NCBI GenBank assembly: GCA_963736285.1
Contig: CAVTOA010000003.1
Location: 80,220-144,219 of the forward strand
Origin: an uncultured Acidimicrobiales bacterium
Lineage (GTDB): Bacteria > Actinomycetota > Actinomycetes > Mycobacteriales > QHCE01
Length of the DNA: 64,000 nucleotides
Reading direction: 5' to 3'
Shown: positions 63,405 through 64,000 of the stretch, piece after piece
How positions within the stretch are numbered: position 1 is the stretch's first letter
Layout: the number at the start of each line of letters is the position of its first letter
Made by a program: the position numbers and the translations under genes
The notes under the pieces: model-generated
Databases searched by the model: none
Seen by the model: the letters and a program-made list of their open reading frames with translations, nothing else
Told to the model about the DNA's origin: nothing

Positions 63405-64000
63405 GGAGCTCCGTGTGCTTGGGTCATGGCGATGACCGCATGTTCCAATGCATACTCCCGGTCTTCCGCCCCGCCTTTTACCGCGCGATTGAGCGCGGCC
63501 GCGTGCTGCATGGCTACCGCTAATCCTGTGGGGGTCCAGCCTCTGCTCTGGCGTTGAGCACGCTCCACCTTCCATGGCGGCAAGCCGAGTTCACTTGCCA
63601 TCTGGTAAGCGTTGCCACGACCGGCGGACGCAACCCGGGCGACAGTGCGGACACCGTCGGCTAACGCATCCGCAATGGGAACCGGGTCTGTCCCTACCGA
63701 CAGAGACCAGCGTAAGGCGGCCAACGCTTCTGGCACATTGCCGACCATTACTTCATCAGCGACAGCAAACCCTGTTACCTCTGCTTTCCCTCGGTGATAT
63801 CTGCGGACCGCCTCCACATCTACCTGACCACCGGTATCGGCGACAAGCTGAGCACAGGCAGAGGCCAACTCCCGCAAATTTGAGCCGACCGCGTCCAAAA
63901 TCTGTGAGGCCACATCCTCGCCGCACTTTCCGCCATTGCGCATGACCTCGTGACGAGCGAATTCGACCCGCTCTCGTTGTTTGACGATTCGTCCACACTG
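63401..64000 (-). CDS. holA: DNA polymerase III delta subunit (partial; 5' end outside the window)
   Basis: DAVGSNLRELA, GFAVAD, LGLPPWK, VKG; the frame is open to the window edge and the gene lies next to rpsT. Confidence 0.9.
   Translation of the reverse strand, partial: QCGRIVKQRERVEFARHEVMRNGGKCGEDVASQILDAVGSNLRELASACAQLVADTGGQVDVEAVRRYHRGKAEVTGFAVADEVMVGNVPEALAALRWSLSVGTDPVPIADALADGVRTVARVASAGRGNAYQMASELGLPPWKVERAQRQSRGWTPTGLAVAMQHAAALNRAVKGGAEDREYALEHAVIAMTQAHGAP

Overview
Actinobacterial chromosome segment; the gene set and order suggest a filamentous, Micromonosporales/Glycomycetales-like organism (inference, not tested). It is mostly housekeeping: kgd, malic enzyme, rsbW/sigF-like pair, whiB1, dgt, ppdK, glyQS, uppS-recO, era, hlyC-ybeY-phoH-HIT-rsmE-dnaJ-hrcA (with CIRCE), hemW, lepA, rpsT and a partial holA. 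Accessory genes are interleaved: a 787-aa HD-like/DUF1152-like fusion, an orphan enzyme I-HPr fusion, a Schlafen/AlbA_2 protein with promoter tandem repeats, an internally deleted ATPase-nuclease, a coupled pair of paralogous helical-repeat regulators followed by a small ORF broken by a G10 tract, a ZnuA-like lipoprotein lacking its three His ligands, an AT-rich GDPD-like gene lacking one catalytic His, and a kinase/MoxR/DUF58/inactive transglutaminase module. A long palindromic element occurs twice. Several genes (rsbW, sigF, dgt, dnaJ) carry apparent +1 frameshifts that may be sequencing errors. I saw no rRNA, tRNA, CRISPR array, transposase or integrase. All family assignments come from motif recognition by eye, not from database searches.
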